A stretch of 64,000 nt of DNA, from NCBI RefSeq assembly GCF_004010195.1, contig NC_057740.1, positions 43,269,633 through 43,333,632 of the forward strand, written 5' to 3'. This document shows positions 24,519-37,239 of this stretch, piece after piece. How positions within the stretch are numbered: position 1 is the first letter of the stretch; each line of letters begins with the position of its first letter. Origin of the DNA: Chiloscyllium plagiosum (lineage: Eukaryota). The position numbers and the translations under genes are program-made. The notes under the pieces are model-generated. The model did not search any database. It saw only the letters and a list, made by a program, of their open reading frames with translations, and was not told where the DNA came from.

Positions 24519-24800
24519 GGTGGCACAGTGGTTAGCACTGCTGCCTCACAGCGCCAGGGACCTGGGTTCAATTCCAGCCTCGGGCGACTGTCTGTGTGGA
24601 GTTTGCACATTCTCCCCGTGTCTGCGTGGGTTTCCTCCGGGTGCTCCGGTTTCCTCCCACAGTCCAAAGATGTGCGGGTTAGGTGAATTGGCCATGCTAA
24701 ATGTAGGGGAATGGGTCTGGGTGGGTTGCTCTTCGGAGGGTCAGTGTGGACTTGTTGGGTCGAAGGGCCTGTTTCCACACTGTAAGTAATCTAATCTAAT
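24519..24800 (+). mobile_element. HE1-like tRNA-derived V-SINE
   Basis: tRNA head (tggcacagtggttagcactgctgcctcacagcgccagggacctgggttcaattcc), V-domain tgtgtggagtttgcacattctccccgtgtctgcgtgggtttcctccgg, CR1-like tail and (AATCT)n end. Confidence 0.88.
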
Positions 24801-25589
24801 GCTGCCAGACCTGCTGAACCTTTCCATCAGTTTCTGTTTTTGTTTCAATAATTTTAAGGCTGAGCACCTTCTTCCATGTTGTTAGCCCAACTCCCACAAA
24901 CCAAGCCCTGTCATCACATGGGTTGCTCCCACAATCAATCCATAGTCAGCCGCTAATAGTCCCCATTCTGACCTTTACTCACTCCTTTGTTTATCCAAAT
25001 GCTATTCTATCTCTGGGCTCTATCTTGACCTATACTTTCCTTCTCTCTGTCTCCCCCCTACCTTCAGCAAACTTTTCCTAGCTACCATCCATCCTGAAGG
25101 AGTATCACCAGACGCAAAACATTAACTGTTTTTCTCTCACCACAGATGCTTCCAGACCTGCTGAGTTTCTCCAGCAATTTCTGTTTTGATCCACTGAGCT
25201 CTGACAGATAAAAATCAATGACTGAGCATCTCTGCAGCAGAAAAATCCAAAGTCCCTTTGAGATGGTACAGGAGCATTGACAGATTTCTGCTGTGCATCT
25301 TGTAAATGGTGCACACTGCTGCTCCTGAGCATTGGTGGTGGAGGAAGAGGATGCAGTTTCAACCAGATGGACTGCTTTATCCTGGATGGTGGCAAGTTTC
25401 TCAAACTTCTGTTTTCTGTAAAGATCTCAAACATATGAATTACAAGTAAAAGTGGGCCATTTGGACCCTTGAGCATGTTCCACAATTTGATAAGATTGTG
25501 ATTGTCTTTCTATACCTAATCCCACATTGCATCAACTCCTGATAACTTTAGATTCTATTGCCAAACAAAACTCCATCTACCTTCTCCTT

Positions 25590-25728
25590 TATACACATGA
25601 AGAATGGAAAAGCGACAGGAGTAGATGGGATTCCAATGGAGATTTTCAAACTTGGAGAAGCATCATCTCCACCAACTATTCCTGAAAATCTGGGATAAAG
25701 TATCCTGCCAATCCCAGGGATGCTGTCA
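25590..25728 (+). mobile_element. RTE-like LINE RT fragment at gap edge
   Basis: MKNGKATGVDGIPMEIFKLG...KIWDK motif, unlike the CR1 copies. Confidence 0.45.
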
Positions 25729-26228
25729 NNNNNNNNNNNNNNNNNNNNNNNNNNNNNNNNNNNNNNNNNNNNNNNNNNNNNNNNNNNNNNNNNNNNNNNN
25801 NNNNNNNNNNNNNNNNNNNNNNNNNNNNNNNNNNNNNNNNNNNNNNNNNNNNNNNNNNNNNNNNNNNNNNNNNNNNNNNNNNNNNNNNNNNNNNNNNNNN
25901 NNNNNNNNNNNNNNNNNNNNNNNNNNNNNNNNNNNNNNNNNNNNNNNNNNNNNNNNNNNNNNNNNNNNNNNNNNNNNNNNNNNNNNNNNNNNNNNNNNNN
26001 NNNNNNNNNNNNNNNNNNNNNNNNNNNNNNNNNNNNNNNNNNNNNNNNNNNNNNNNNNNNNNNNNNNNNNNNNNNNNNNNNNNNNNNNNNNNNNNNNNNN
26101 NNNNNNNNNNNNNNNNNNNNNNNNNNNNNNNNNNNNNNNNNNNNNNNNNNNNNNNNNNNNNNNNNNNNNNNNNNNNNNNNNNNNNNNNNNNNNNNNNNNN
26201 NNNNNNNNNNNNNNNNNNNNNNNNNNNN
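25729..26228. other. Assembly gap, exactly 500 N
   Basis: Fixed-size N run with unrelated repeats on either side. Confidence 0.9.
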
Positions 26229-29200
26229 ATCTTGAAAGCGTGACCTCTCGTTATTGAATCCCACATCCTGGGAAAAAGCTTGTCTCTATCCACCCTGTCT
26301 ATACCCTTCATGATTTTGTAAACCTCAATCAGGTCCCCCCTCAATCTACTTTTTTCTAATGAAAATAAACCTAACCTACTCAACCTCTCTTCATAGCTAG
26401 CACCTTCCATACCAGGCAACATCTTCGTAAACCCTCTCTGCACCCTCTCCAAAGTGTCCACATCCACGTGATGGTACAGAGAACACCAAACGGAGAATTC
26501 ACCACAAAGGTACACAGGAAAGCCCCACACACAGACCAAGTCCTGAACTACGAAAGCAACCACCCCAACACAAAAGAAGTTGCATCAAGACCAGAACTGT
26601 ACGCAGTATTCTAAATGCGGCCGAACCAATGTCTTGTACAATTTTAACATGACTTGCCAGCTCTTATACTCAATACCCCGTCCAATGAAGGCAAGCATAC
26701 TATATGCCTTCTTGACCACTCTATCCACCTGTGCAGCAACCTTCAGGGTACAATGGACCTGAACTCCCAGATCTCTCTGCCCATCAACTTTTCCCAAGGC
26801 TCTTCCATTCATTGTATAATTCGCTCTAGAATTAGACTTCCCAAAATACATCACCTCACATTTGTCTGGATTGAACTCCATCTGCCACGTTTCCGCCCAA
26901 CTCTCCAGTCTATCTATATCCTCCTGTATTCTCTGACAGTCCCTTTTGCTTTCTGCTACTCCACCAATCTTTGTGTCATCTGCAAACTTACTAATCAGAC
27001 TAAAAATGTCCTCTTCCAGATCATTTATGTATATCACAAACAACAGTGGCACCAATACTGACCCCTGTGGAACACCACTGGTCACCTTTCTCCATTTCGA
27101 GAAACTCCCTTCAATTACTACTCTCTATCGCCTGTTGCTCAACCAGTTCTTTATCCACCTAGCTAGAACACCCTGCACACCATGTGACTTCACTTTCTCC
27201 ATTAGTCTACAATGGGGAACCTTATCAAACGCCTTACTAAAGTCCATGTATGACATCAACAGCTCTTCCTTCATCTATCAACTTGGTCACTTCCTCAAAG
27301 AACTCTATCAAGTTGGTGAGGCACGATCTCCCCTGCACAAAACTATGTTGCCCATCACCGATAAGCTCATTCCTTTCCAAATATAAATAGATCCTATCTC
27401 TCAGTTCCCTCTCCAGCAACTCCCCCACCACCGACGTCAGGCTCACTGGTCTGTAGTTACCAGGAATATCCCTACTACCTTTGTACAGGGGGACAACATG
27501 AGCAACCCTCCAGTTCTCCGGCACCTCACCTGTGTTTAAGGATGCTACAAAGATATCTGTCAGGGCCCCAGCTATTTCCTCTCTTGCCTCCCTCAGCAAC
27601 CTGGGATAGATCCCATCCGGTCTTGGGGATTTGTCCACCTTAATAACCTCTAGCCTACCCAACACATCTTCCCTACTTATGCCAACATGATCCAGACTAA
27701 TCAAACTTCTATCTCTAATCTCAACATTCATCATGTTCCTCTCCTCAGTGAACACTGATGCAAAGTAATCATTCAGAATCTCACCCATTCTCTCAGGTTC
27801 AACACACAGCCTTCCCTCATTATCCTTTAGTGGACCAATCCTTTCCTTAGTTACCCGCTTGCTTCTTATATAAGAATAAAATGCTTTGGGATTTTCCTTA
27901 ATTCTGCTTGCTAAAGCTACTTCATGACCACTTTTAGCCGCTTGATTCCTTGTTTAAGACTTGTCCCACTCTCCCAATATTCCTCAAGGGCCCGTTCTGT
28001 TCTAAGCTGCCGTGACCTTATGTACTCTTCCCTTTTCCTCTTGGCTAGTCGTACAATTTCTCCTGTCATCCACGGTTCACAAATCTTGCCCTTCCTTTCC
28101 TTTGCCTTCAACAGGACATGCCTATCCTGCACTATCTTTAACCTATCTTTGAAAGCCTCCTACATCTCAAATGTGGACTTCCCTTCAAATAGCTGTGTCC
28201 AATCCACATTTCCCAGCTCTTGCCTAATTTTGTTGTAATTGGCCTTGGCCCAGTTTAGTACTCTTCCCTCAGGACCACTCTCTTCTTTATCTACGAGTAT
28301 TGTAAAACTTACAGAATTGTGATCTCTGTTCCCAAAGAAATCCCCATCGCAACTTCTACCACCTGTCTTGGCTCATTCCCCAACACCAGGTCCAATATGG
28401 CCCCTTCCCTCGTCGGACTATTGATATACTGCTCTAGAAAACTCTCCTGGATGCTCCTTACAAATTTTACCCTATCCAGACCTCTGATGCTAAGTGTATC
28501 CTAGTCAATGTTGGGAAAATTAAAATCTCCCATCACCACTACCCGATTGCCTCAAGTTATTTCCATAATCTGTTTACCTATTTGTTCTTCTACCTCACGC
28601 TCACTGTTGGGAGGCCTGTAATACAGCCCCAACAAAGTAACTGCACTCTTCTTATTTCTCAGCTCCACCCATAATGCCTCAGTATCCAAGACCGCCATAG
28701 TGCCCTCCTTTAGCACAGCCGTGATATTGTCCCTGACCAACTGACCAGCAATGCAACTCCACCCCCCCACCTTTTACTTCCCTCCCTGTCCTGTCTGAAG
28801 CATCTATATCCTGGAACATTTAGTTGCCAATTATCATGCCCTTCCTTCAACCAGGCAATAACGTCATACTCCCAGGCACCAATCCAAGCCCTAAGTTTAT
28901 CTGCCTTACCCACTATACTCCTTGCTTTAAAGTAGATGCACTTCAGGCCATCAGTTCTTTAGTGCTCATCTGCTCTCTGCCTACTCTTCCCTTTATTAAT
29001 GCTATCTTCATAATTCTTACAGTCTCCAGTTTCCACCTCGGTACCTACTTGTCTTCCCTTCTGATTCCCAGGCCCCTGCCACATTAGTTTAAAACCTCCC
29101 CAACAGTGGTAGCAAAAACTCCCCCAAGGACATTGGTTCCAGTCTGGTTCAGATGTAGACCGTCCCTTTTGTAATAGTCCCACGTTCCCCAGAACTGGTC

Positions 29201-30030
29201 CCAATGTCCAACAAATCTGAACCCCTCCCTCCTACACCATCTCTCAAGCCACGTATCCATCCTGTCTATTTTTTCATTTCTACCCTGGCTAGCACGTGGC
29301 ACTGGTAGTAATCCCGCGATCACTACCTTTGAGGTCCTCCCCTTTAACTTCTCTCCTAGCTCCCTGAATTCTTCTTTCAGGACCTCATCTCGTTTTTCAC
29401 TTATATCGTTGGTGTCTGTATGCACCAAGACAACTGGCTGTTCACCCTCCCCTTTCAGAATGCTCTGCAGCTGATCGGTGACATCCCTGACCCAAGCACC
29501 TGGGAGGCAACGTACCATCTGGGAGTCCCGTTTTCGGCCACAGACCCGCCCATCTACTCCCCTCACAATAGAATCCCCTATGACTGTGGTCCTATGAGTC
29601 TTTTTCCCGTCCTTCTGAACAGCAGTGCCCGCCACGGTGCCATGATCTTGACCACTGCTGCCCTCCCCTGGTGAGCCATCTCCCCAACAGTATCCAAAAC
29701 GGTATACCTGTTTTGGAGGGAGATGACCCCAGGGGACACCTGCACTGCCTTCCTACTCTTTCTCTGCCTTTTGGTCATCCATTCACTGTCTCCCTCAGTA
29801 ATTCTAACCTGCGGTGTGACCAGTTCACTAAACGTGCTATCCACGACCTCCTCCGCATCGCGGATGCTCCACAGTGAGTCCATCTGCAGCTCCAGAGCCA
29901 TCATGTGGTCAAACAAGAGCAGCAGCCGGACACACTTCTTGCAAGTTTAAGAGTCAGGAATGTCAGACACGTCCCTGAGCTCCCATATCAAGCAAGAGTC
30001 ACATGCCACGGGTCTGAGGTTCCCTGCCAT
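26229..30030 (-). mobile_element. Near full-length CR1 LINE (ORF1 zinc finger/leucine zipper/SGNH esterase; ORF2 APE + RT), inactivated
   Basis: ATG at 30030: MAGNLRPVACDSCLIWE..*TCKKC. Esterase VIGDSIVRG...DGLHLNQTG. APE (LNVPGYRCFRQDR, LGLYYRPPNS) and RT ([29 protein letters not shown]). Multiple frameshifts and stops. Confidence 0.93.
26466..26590 (+). mobile_element. Isolated internal RT fragment of a different Penelope family
   Basis: VMVQRTPNGEFTTKVHRKAPHTDQVLNYESNHPNT matches the PLE RT thumb motif (YRKPTHT..YL.Y.S.HP). Confidence 0.7.
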
Positions 30031-30179
30031 TGTAAGCTTAGCTTTATACGAACTAACTAAAACCAAACAATGCACTTATAAATAAACTTGATGGGTCTTA
30101 TTTTGGTTGCTATATGCAATAAAATTTGAATCGTTGTTTCAGTATTTGATGGTGTGTGAAATTTCAAACGTAATGTCAG

Positions 30180-30760
30180 AAATTGAATGCAACTTACGGT
30201 GATTTACCCACAACAGTGGTGTGCCCACAATCTGCTGCCCTTGACCTTTTAGCTGATAGAGTTTGTGTGTTTGGAGGGTGCTGGTTAAACATCTTGGTGA
30301 GTTGCTGCTGTGAATCCTGTAGATGGCACATCCTGCTGCTGCTGCTGCTCAGGTGGAGGGACTGGATGTCAATGGTGATGGATGTGGTGCCATTCCTGTG
30401 GGCTGTTTTGTCCTGAATGTTGTTGAGTTTTTTCAGTATTGAGGTTGCACCTATCCAAGCACGTGGAGAGTATTCCATTCCCATTCTTGTTTTATGCCTT
30501 GTAGATGGTGGACAGGCATTGGGGAGACACAAGGCGAGTCGCAGAGATTCCAGTCTCTGATCTGCTCTTTAGTCACAATATTTATGTGGCTGGTCCAGTT
30601 CAACTTCTGGTCATTGGTAATCTACAGGATGTTGATAATGAGGAATTCAATGATGGTAATGCCATTGAATTGTAAGGAGAATAGAATGTCTTGTAGGAGA
30701 TAATCATAGATTGGCACTTGCCTGGTATGAATGTTACTTGTCATTATCAGCCCAAACTTA
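30180..30760 (-). mobile_element. L2/Crack-like LINE fragment
   Basis: MEYSPRAWIGATSILKKLNNIQDK on the minus strand. Confidence 0.7.
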
Positions 30761-30789
30761 GAAATAGACCATTTCAGTATCAGAGCTAC

Positions 30790-31670
30790 AGCTCCCATTC
30801 ACACTGACTCTCACTCGGGAATGGTTTGCGCCCCCCCCCTGCCTTCCACTCGCCGCATCCCCCATCACACTCACACGCTGACTGTCATTGGGGAACAGTC
30901 CACACACACACACTGACTCTCACTGGGATACAGCTCCCACACACACTGACCTTCACTGGGGAACAGTCCCCACACATAAACTGACTTTGTGGGGAACAGT
31001 CCACACACACACACACACACACACACTGACCCTCACTGGGGTATGGGTCCCCCCCCCCCCCCCCACACACACACACACANNNNNNNNNNNNNNNNNNNNN
31101 NNNNNNNNNNNNNNNNNNNNNNNNNNNNNNNNNNNNNNNNNNNNNNNNNNNNNCACACACACACACTGACTCTCACTGGGGTATGGGTCCCACACACACA
31201 CACACTGACTCTCACTGGGGTACGGGTCCCACACACACACACTGACTCTCACTGGGGTATGGGTCCCCACACACACACACACACACTGACTCACTGGGGT
31301 ATGGGTCCCACACACACACACTGACTCTCACTGGGGTATGGGTCCCCCCCACACACACACACACACACACACACTGACTCTCACTGGGGTATGGGTCCCA
31401 TACACACACACTGACTCTCACTGGGTATGGGTCCCCCCACACACACACTGACTCTCACTGGGGTATGGGTCCCATACACACACACTGACTCTCACTGGGG
31501 TATGGGTCCCATACACACACACTGACTCTCACTGGGGTATGGGTCCCCCCACACACACACTGACTCTCACTGGGGTATGGGTCCCATACACACACACTGA
31601 CTCTCACTGGGGTATGGGTCCCATACACACACACTGACTCTCACTGGGGTACGGGTCCCACATTGACAAT
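30790..31670 (+). repeat. Compound minisatellite of about 35-45 bp: CTGACTCTCACTGGGGTATGGGTCCC(A)+(CA)n
   Basis: About 20 tandem units with a variable C-run and CA tract; gap 31080-31153 lies inside. Confidence 0.95.
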
Positions 31671-31939
31671 GACTCGGAGTTAGAATAAGATATTAGAATT
31701 AGATTTTATTGTTAAGTGTCCTCAAGTACAGGAATACAGAAGTACAGTGAAAAGTGTACAAAGTCACCATTCTCCGGCACCATCTTGATTATGAAACCAT
31801 CATTTTCTAAAACTCCAGCAGAATTAAAAGAAAGCTAAAAGGTAAGAAAAACATCCAGATCTTAAGCTCTAAGTCTTATTTTCATAAAGTTGTTTGAAAA
31901 CCACCAATGCATACACAGCGATCTCACTGGGGTACGGCT

Positions 31940-34290
31940 TTCATGCTTTTAGGATCTAAACTTTTATAATTTAAAAGTTCAAGTTCTAAATTGGAGGAAG
32001 GCCAATTTTGATGGCATTAGACAAGAACTTGGAAGAGTTAATTGGGTGCAGATGTTCGCAGATAAAGGGATGGCTGGAAAATAGGAAGCCTTCAAAATGA
32101 GGTAACAGAAGTGCAGATAGAGTATGTTCCTGCTCGGATGAAAGGCAAGGCTGGTAGGTGTAGGGAATACCGAATGACTAGAGAAATTAAGGTTTTGGCC
32201 AAGGAAAAGAAGGAAGCACATGTCAGGTACAGTCAGCAGAGATTGAGTGAATCCTTATAAGAGTACAAAGGGAGTAGGAGTATACTTAAAAGGGAAATTA
32301 GGAGAGCAAAAAGGGGACATGAGATTGCTTCGGCAAATAGGGTTAAGGAGAATCCAGAGGGATTTTACAAATACATTAAGGACAAAAGGGTAACGAGGGA
32401 GAGAATAGGGCCCCTCAAAGATCAGCAAGGCAGCCTACGTGTGGAGCTGTATGAGATAGGGGAGATACTAAATGAGTATTTTGCATCAATGTTTACTGTG
32501 GAGAAGGACATAGAAGATATAGACTGTAGGGAAATAGATGGTGACATCTTGAAAATGCCCATATTACAGAGAAGGACGTGCTGGATGCATAAAAGTGGAT
32601 AAATCCCCAGGACCTGATCAGGTGTACCCGAGAGCTCTGTGGGAGCTAGAGAATTAATTGCTGGACCTCTTGCTGAGCTATTTGGATCACCGATAGTCAC
32701 AGGTGAGGTGCCGGAAGACTGGAGGTTGGCAAACGTGGTGCCACTGTTTAAGAAGGGTGGAAAAAACAAGCCAGTGAGCCTGACGTCCGTGGTGGGCAAG
32801 TTGTTGGAGGGAATCCTGAGGGACAGGACTTGCATGTATTTGGAAAGGCAAGGACTGATTCGGGACAGTCAACATGGCTTTGTGCGTGGGAAATCATGTC
32901 TCACAAACTTGATTGAGTTTTTTGAAGAAGTAACAAAGAGGATTGATGAGGGCAGAGCAGTGGATGTGATCTATATGGACTTCAGTAGGGCGTCCGACAA
33001 CGTTCTTCATGGTAGACTGGTTAGCAAGGTTAGATCTCATGGAATACAGGGAGAATGAGCCTTTTGGATACAGCACTGGCTCAAAGGTTAGAGAGAGAGG
33101 GTGGTGGTGGAGGGTTGTTTTTCAGACTGGAGCAGTGGTGTCCCACAAGGATCAGTGCTGGGTCCACTACTTTTCAACATTTATATGAATGGCTTGGACG
33201 TGAATTTAGCAGGTATAGTTAGTAAGCTTGCAGATTTCAAAGGAAACTTGATTATCCCGCATTCGATTATCTGAATATCGGAATATCCGGCAAGGTTGCA
33301 ACGTACGGATGTTTAGCTAATCTGTGAGCTGGCATTTGATTGTCTGGAATTCGATTAACTGAGCGAAATTCTCCCACCCGTGTCCTCCGGATATTTGAGG
33401 TTCCTTTGTACACCAAAATTGGAGGTGTAGCAAAGAAGGTTACCTCAGAGTACAACGAGATCTTGATCAGGTGGGCCAATGGGCTGAGGAGTGGCAAATT
33501 TAGATAAATGTGAGGTGCTGCATTTTGGAAAGGCAAATTGGGGCTGGACTTATACACTTAATTGGAAGGTCTTGGGGAGTGTTGCTAAACAAAGAAACCA
33601 TGGAGTGCAGGTTCATAGTTCCTTGAAAGTGGAGTCTCAGGTAGATTGGTCAGTGAAGGAGGCATTTAATGCACTTTCCTTTTTTGGTCAGAGTATTGAG
33701 TACAGGAGTTGGGAGGTAATGCTGTAGCTGTACAGGACATTGGTTAGGCCACTGTTGGAATATTGCGTGCAATTCTGGTCTCCTTCCTATTGGAAAGATG
33801 TTGTGAAACTTGAAAGGGTTCAGAAAAGATTTACAAGGATGTTGCCAGGGTTGGAGGATTTGAGCTATAGGGAGAGGCTGAACAGGCTGGGGCTGTTTCG
33901 CCTGGAGTGTTGGAGGCTGAGGTTATTGAGGTTATAAACCTTATCGAGGTTAATAACATCATGAGGGGCATGAAGAGGGTAAATAGACAAAGGGAGTCCA
34001 GAACTAGAGGACATAGGTTTAGGGTGAGAGGGGAAAGGTATAAAAGGGACCAAAGAGGCAATTTTTTCACACAGAGGGTGGTGTGTGTATGGAATGAGCT
34101 GCCAGAGGATGTAGTCAAGGCTGGTACAATTACAACATTTAAAAGGCATCTGGATGGGTATATGAATAGAAGGGTTTGGAGGGATATGGACCAAGTGCTG
34201 GCAAATGGGACTAGATTAGTTTAGGATATCTGGTCAGCATGGACGAGTTGGACTGAAGGGTCTGATTCCGTGCTGTACATCTCTATGCCT
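31940..34290 (+). mobile_element. CR1 ORF2 3' two-thirds, decayed
   Basis: KVLNWRKANFDGIRQEL..., EVPEDWRLANVVPLFKKG, QHGFVRGKSCLTNL, LEYCVQFWSP and a CR1 tail. Confidence 0.92.
33238..33408. mobile_element. Tigger/pogo-like MITE (171 bp) inserted in CR1
   Basis: TIRs CAAAGGAAACTTGATTATCC / GGATATTTGAGGTTCCTTTG (16/20 complementary). TA at 33409-33410 (TT on the left). It interrupts CR1 gcagat|tacaccaaa. Confidence 0.75.
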
Positions 34291-35029
34291 CAATGACACA
34301 CACACACATTCTCTCTCTCTCACTGGAAAGGGGACTTATGGATGTCACGATCCCTCTTCATTATTTTCCGAAAGGTCTGCGGACAGTGTGTTGGTAAAAG
34401 ATTGTACCCCAGCAGGAGTCTGCTTGCTCAATGCCCATCTCCAGCATTCTTACCTCTCAGGAGAAAAAACTCATCACAGTCCTGGACTCATTCAGGTACT
34501 CACTGTCCTCTAGCCTCTCTGCTGCAGACGTTGCTCACATTCAGCTAACTTCACTCACTCATTGTATGTTGCTCCCTTGTCAAATCCTCAATCCCTCACA
34601 CACATTCCTAAGCAGTCGGTGCTCAATGAGGTTCCCAACGTCTGATCTCTGTCTGAGACAGTCAGAAAGGCACATCAAACAGCAATATATACCTGGCCAA
34701 TAAAGCAAATCAGTTGTTTGGTGAAGAAGCAAAGTACTTGGGCAAGTGTTAAAAATATAATGGAGGTAGTGGTTTGGAGGGGGTGGGGGCAGGGGGATTC
34801 AAGACACGGAGGGCCTAGGCACGGAAGGCACAGGCAATGGTGAAGCAATTAAAATCAGTTGCTCAAGAGGCCAGAGTTGAGGAAGCACAGATATTTGGCA
34901 GGGTGATGAGGCTGGAGTAGATTAGAGGTAGGGATTTGGAATCAAAGTCACAGATTTCAAAATTGATGCCTTTCTGGACTAAGAATGAATTCAGGTCAGC
35001 AAAGAAACTTTTAAGGAGGTAAGCAGGAA

Positions 35030-36150
35030 TGTTGATAAGGGTAAGGCTTTTGATGAGGTCCGTCATGGCAGACTGATCAAGAGAATAAGAGCCCACTGGA
35101 TCCAATGCAAAATGACATGTTGGATCTAAAAATTGGCTGAGAAACAGGAAGCAGAGGGTGATGGAATAGGGATGTGTTTGAGATTGGAAATCTGTTTCCA
35201 GTGTGTTTCATCAGGGCTAGTGCTGGGATCCTTGCTGTTTGTGGTGAACATTAACATGGGAAAACTTAAACATGGGAAAGATCAAGAAGATTTAAAATGA
35301 CACGGAAAGTTGGCAGGGTGGGAAATGGTGAGGAGGATAGCTATAAACTGCAAGAGAACGTCAATGGACTGGTCAGGTGGGTCGAGCAGTGGCAAATGGA
35401 ATTCAACCCGTAAAAATGTGGGGCTATACATTTGGGGAGGGCTAACATGTCAAGGGATTACACAATGAACAGTAGGACCTGGAAGGTACTGAAGATCAAA
35501 GGGACCTTGGTATGTACACACACAGATCCCTGAAGGTAGCAGTGCAGGTAAGTAATCTGATTAATGGGTTACTTGCTTTTATTACCCAAGATAAAATATC
35601 CAGATTCTGATGGATGTGTATTAAGCACTGGTTAGGCCATAATTTGAGCACTGCATGCAGTTCAAGTCACAACATCATAGGAAGAATGAGATTGCACTAG
35701 AGGAAGTGCAGAGGATATTTACCAGGACGCTGCCTGGGCTGGAGGGTCTGTGCTGAGAGGAAAGATCAGATAGGCTGGGTTTGCTTTCCTTAGAGCAGCG
35801 AAGAGTGAGAGGGAGCTTGATAGAGGCATATACGATGGGGGAGGGTATAAATAAGGTAGACAAGAAGATACTACAGAGGGATCAATACCAGAGGACATAA
35901 ATGTAAGGTATGAGGCAGGAGGTTAAAGGAGAGTTGAGGAGTAATGATTCCACATAGAGGATAGTGTAAGTCTGAAACTCTCTGCCTGAAAAGATGGTTG
36001 AGTCAGAACCTTGTAACATTTAAGCAGTTTTTACATACTCACTTTTGTTGCTATTGTCTATGGGCCTGGAAAATGGATTAATTGGTTAGATCTTTGTCAA
36101 CCAGCACACATACAATGGACTGAATGGCCTCGTTCTGTGCTCTAAATGTC
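35030..36150 (+). mobile_element. Old CR1 RT 3' fragment
   Basis: KAFDEVRHGRLI, QWQMEFNP.KC, LEEVQRIFTRTLPG, all degraded. Confidence 0.75.
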
Positions 36151-36614
36151 TATGTGTGTGTGTGTGTGTATGTGTACAAGAAATACACGGGTGAGAGTTT
36201 GAGTGACAGTGAAAGGATTGAGTTGGAGGGGGAGGGAGAGATGGCAGTGTTAAGAGGATGGATGAGATAATCTGAAAGGCAATCAGAAAACACAACAGAT
36301 ATGAATCAAATTGCTGATGACTTGTCAACATTTCAGCTAAAGGAAATCCTTAACCATTAACTCAATAAAATAGCCACAGAAAACAGGTGTTAGCAAATCA
36401 CTCTCCGATAAGGAAGCAGTGATGGTTTTCAAGTGTCATTTAATGGGGTTATTATGGGCTAATTGCTGAAAAGCTGTTTGCACTCACTGAAAGGCTTTAT
36501 TTTGCTGACTCTGTACCTCAGAGCCAGGCCTGTCATGAAAGGACAGTGTTGCTAGAATAATCTTCAGGGAAGGCTACCACTGCAATAAAGTAGTGGCTGT
36601 TGTAAAGAAATAAA

Positions 36615-36745
36615 AACAGCAGCCATCATGTACACAGCAAGTTCCCACAGTCTGCAATAACATTGCCCTGAATGGACAGATGGGGCCTTGGGTTCATGTC
36701 TCACCTGAAAAGCAGCCCCTTGGCCAGTGCAATGCTCTCACCGTC
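36615..36745 (-). mobile_element. DeuSINE (SacSINE1/AmnSINE1-like) relic
   Basis: Minus strand gagagcattgcactggccaaggggctgcttttcaggtgagacatgaacccaaggccccatctgtccattcagg and tgtgggaacttgctgtgtacatgatggctgc resemble the Deu domain as I recall it. Confidence 0.55.
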
Positions 36746-37239
36746 GAGACCCTCTAAAGGTGGAGCAGTCTCTCAGTTGTGCAATAGGAATGTCTTATTA
36801 ATCATTTGTTCTCATTTTGAACAACTTTTCCTTTAACTCATCTCATTTTCTCTGAGACAAAGGCCATGGGGGTACCCACCCAGGTCAAGCTATGCCTGTT
36901 TCTCTCTGGGATACGTGGAATATGTTTTGTTCCAGACCTATGTGGGCCTCCATCCACAACTCTTTCTCCAATAATCAACATGTAATCAGTGCTATTTCCT
37001 CCTGTAGTCTGCATTTGGAAAAACAATCCTCAGCTTTGTTTCTGATTGTCATCCTTGTTTTACCTTCACCTCTGGTCCATCTCTGACTCTTCCCTTTCTT
37101 GACTTCACTATTCCCATTTCTCTGAACAATATCCACTACAAAACTCCAACTACCCTTCCTCACACCCTGCTTCCTACAAGGATCCATTCCATTCTCCCAG
37201 TTTTGTTTTGTCTCCATTGCACTGTTCTCATATAAAACA

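Noticed and set aside
24519-24590. tRNA gene
   Set aside because: The tRNA-like head continues into V-SINE body and LINE tail; it is an HE1-type SINE.
30790-31670. Repeat-spacer appearance resembling a CRISPR array
   Set aside because: The spacers are just variable (CA)n/C runs, the context is eukaryotic, and there are no cas genes.
34320-34550. Minus-strand GT-AG pair (donor near 34452, acceptor near 34378) suggesting a small hidden gene
   Set aside because: All frames across the junction hit stops and there is no recognisable protein. A non-coding exon cannot be excluded but is unsupported.
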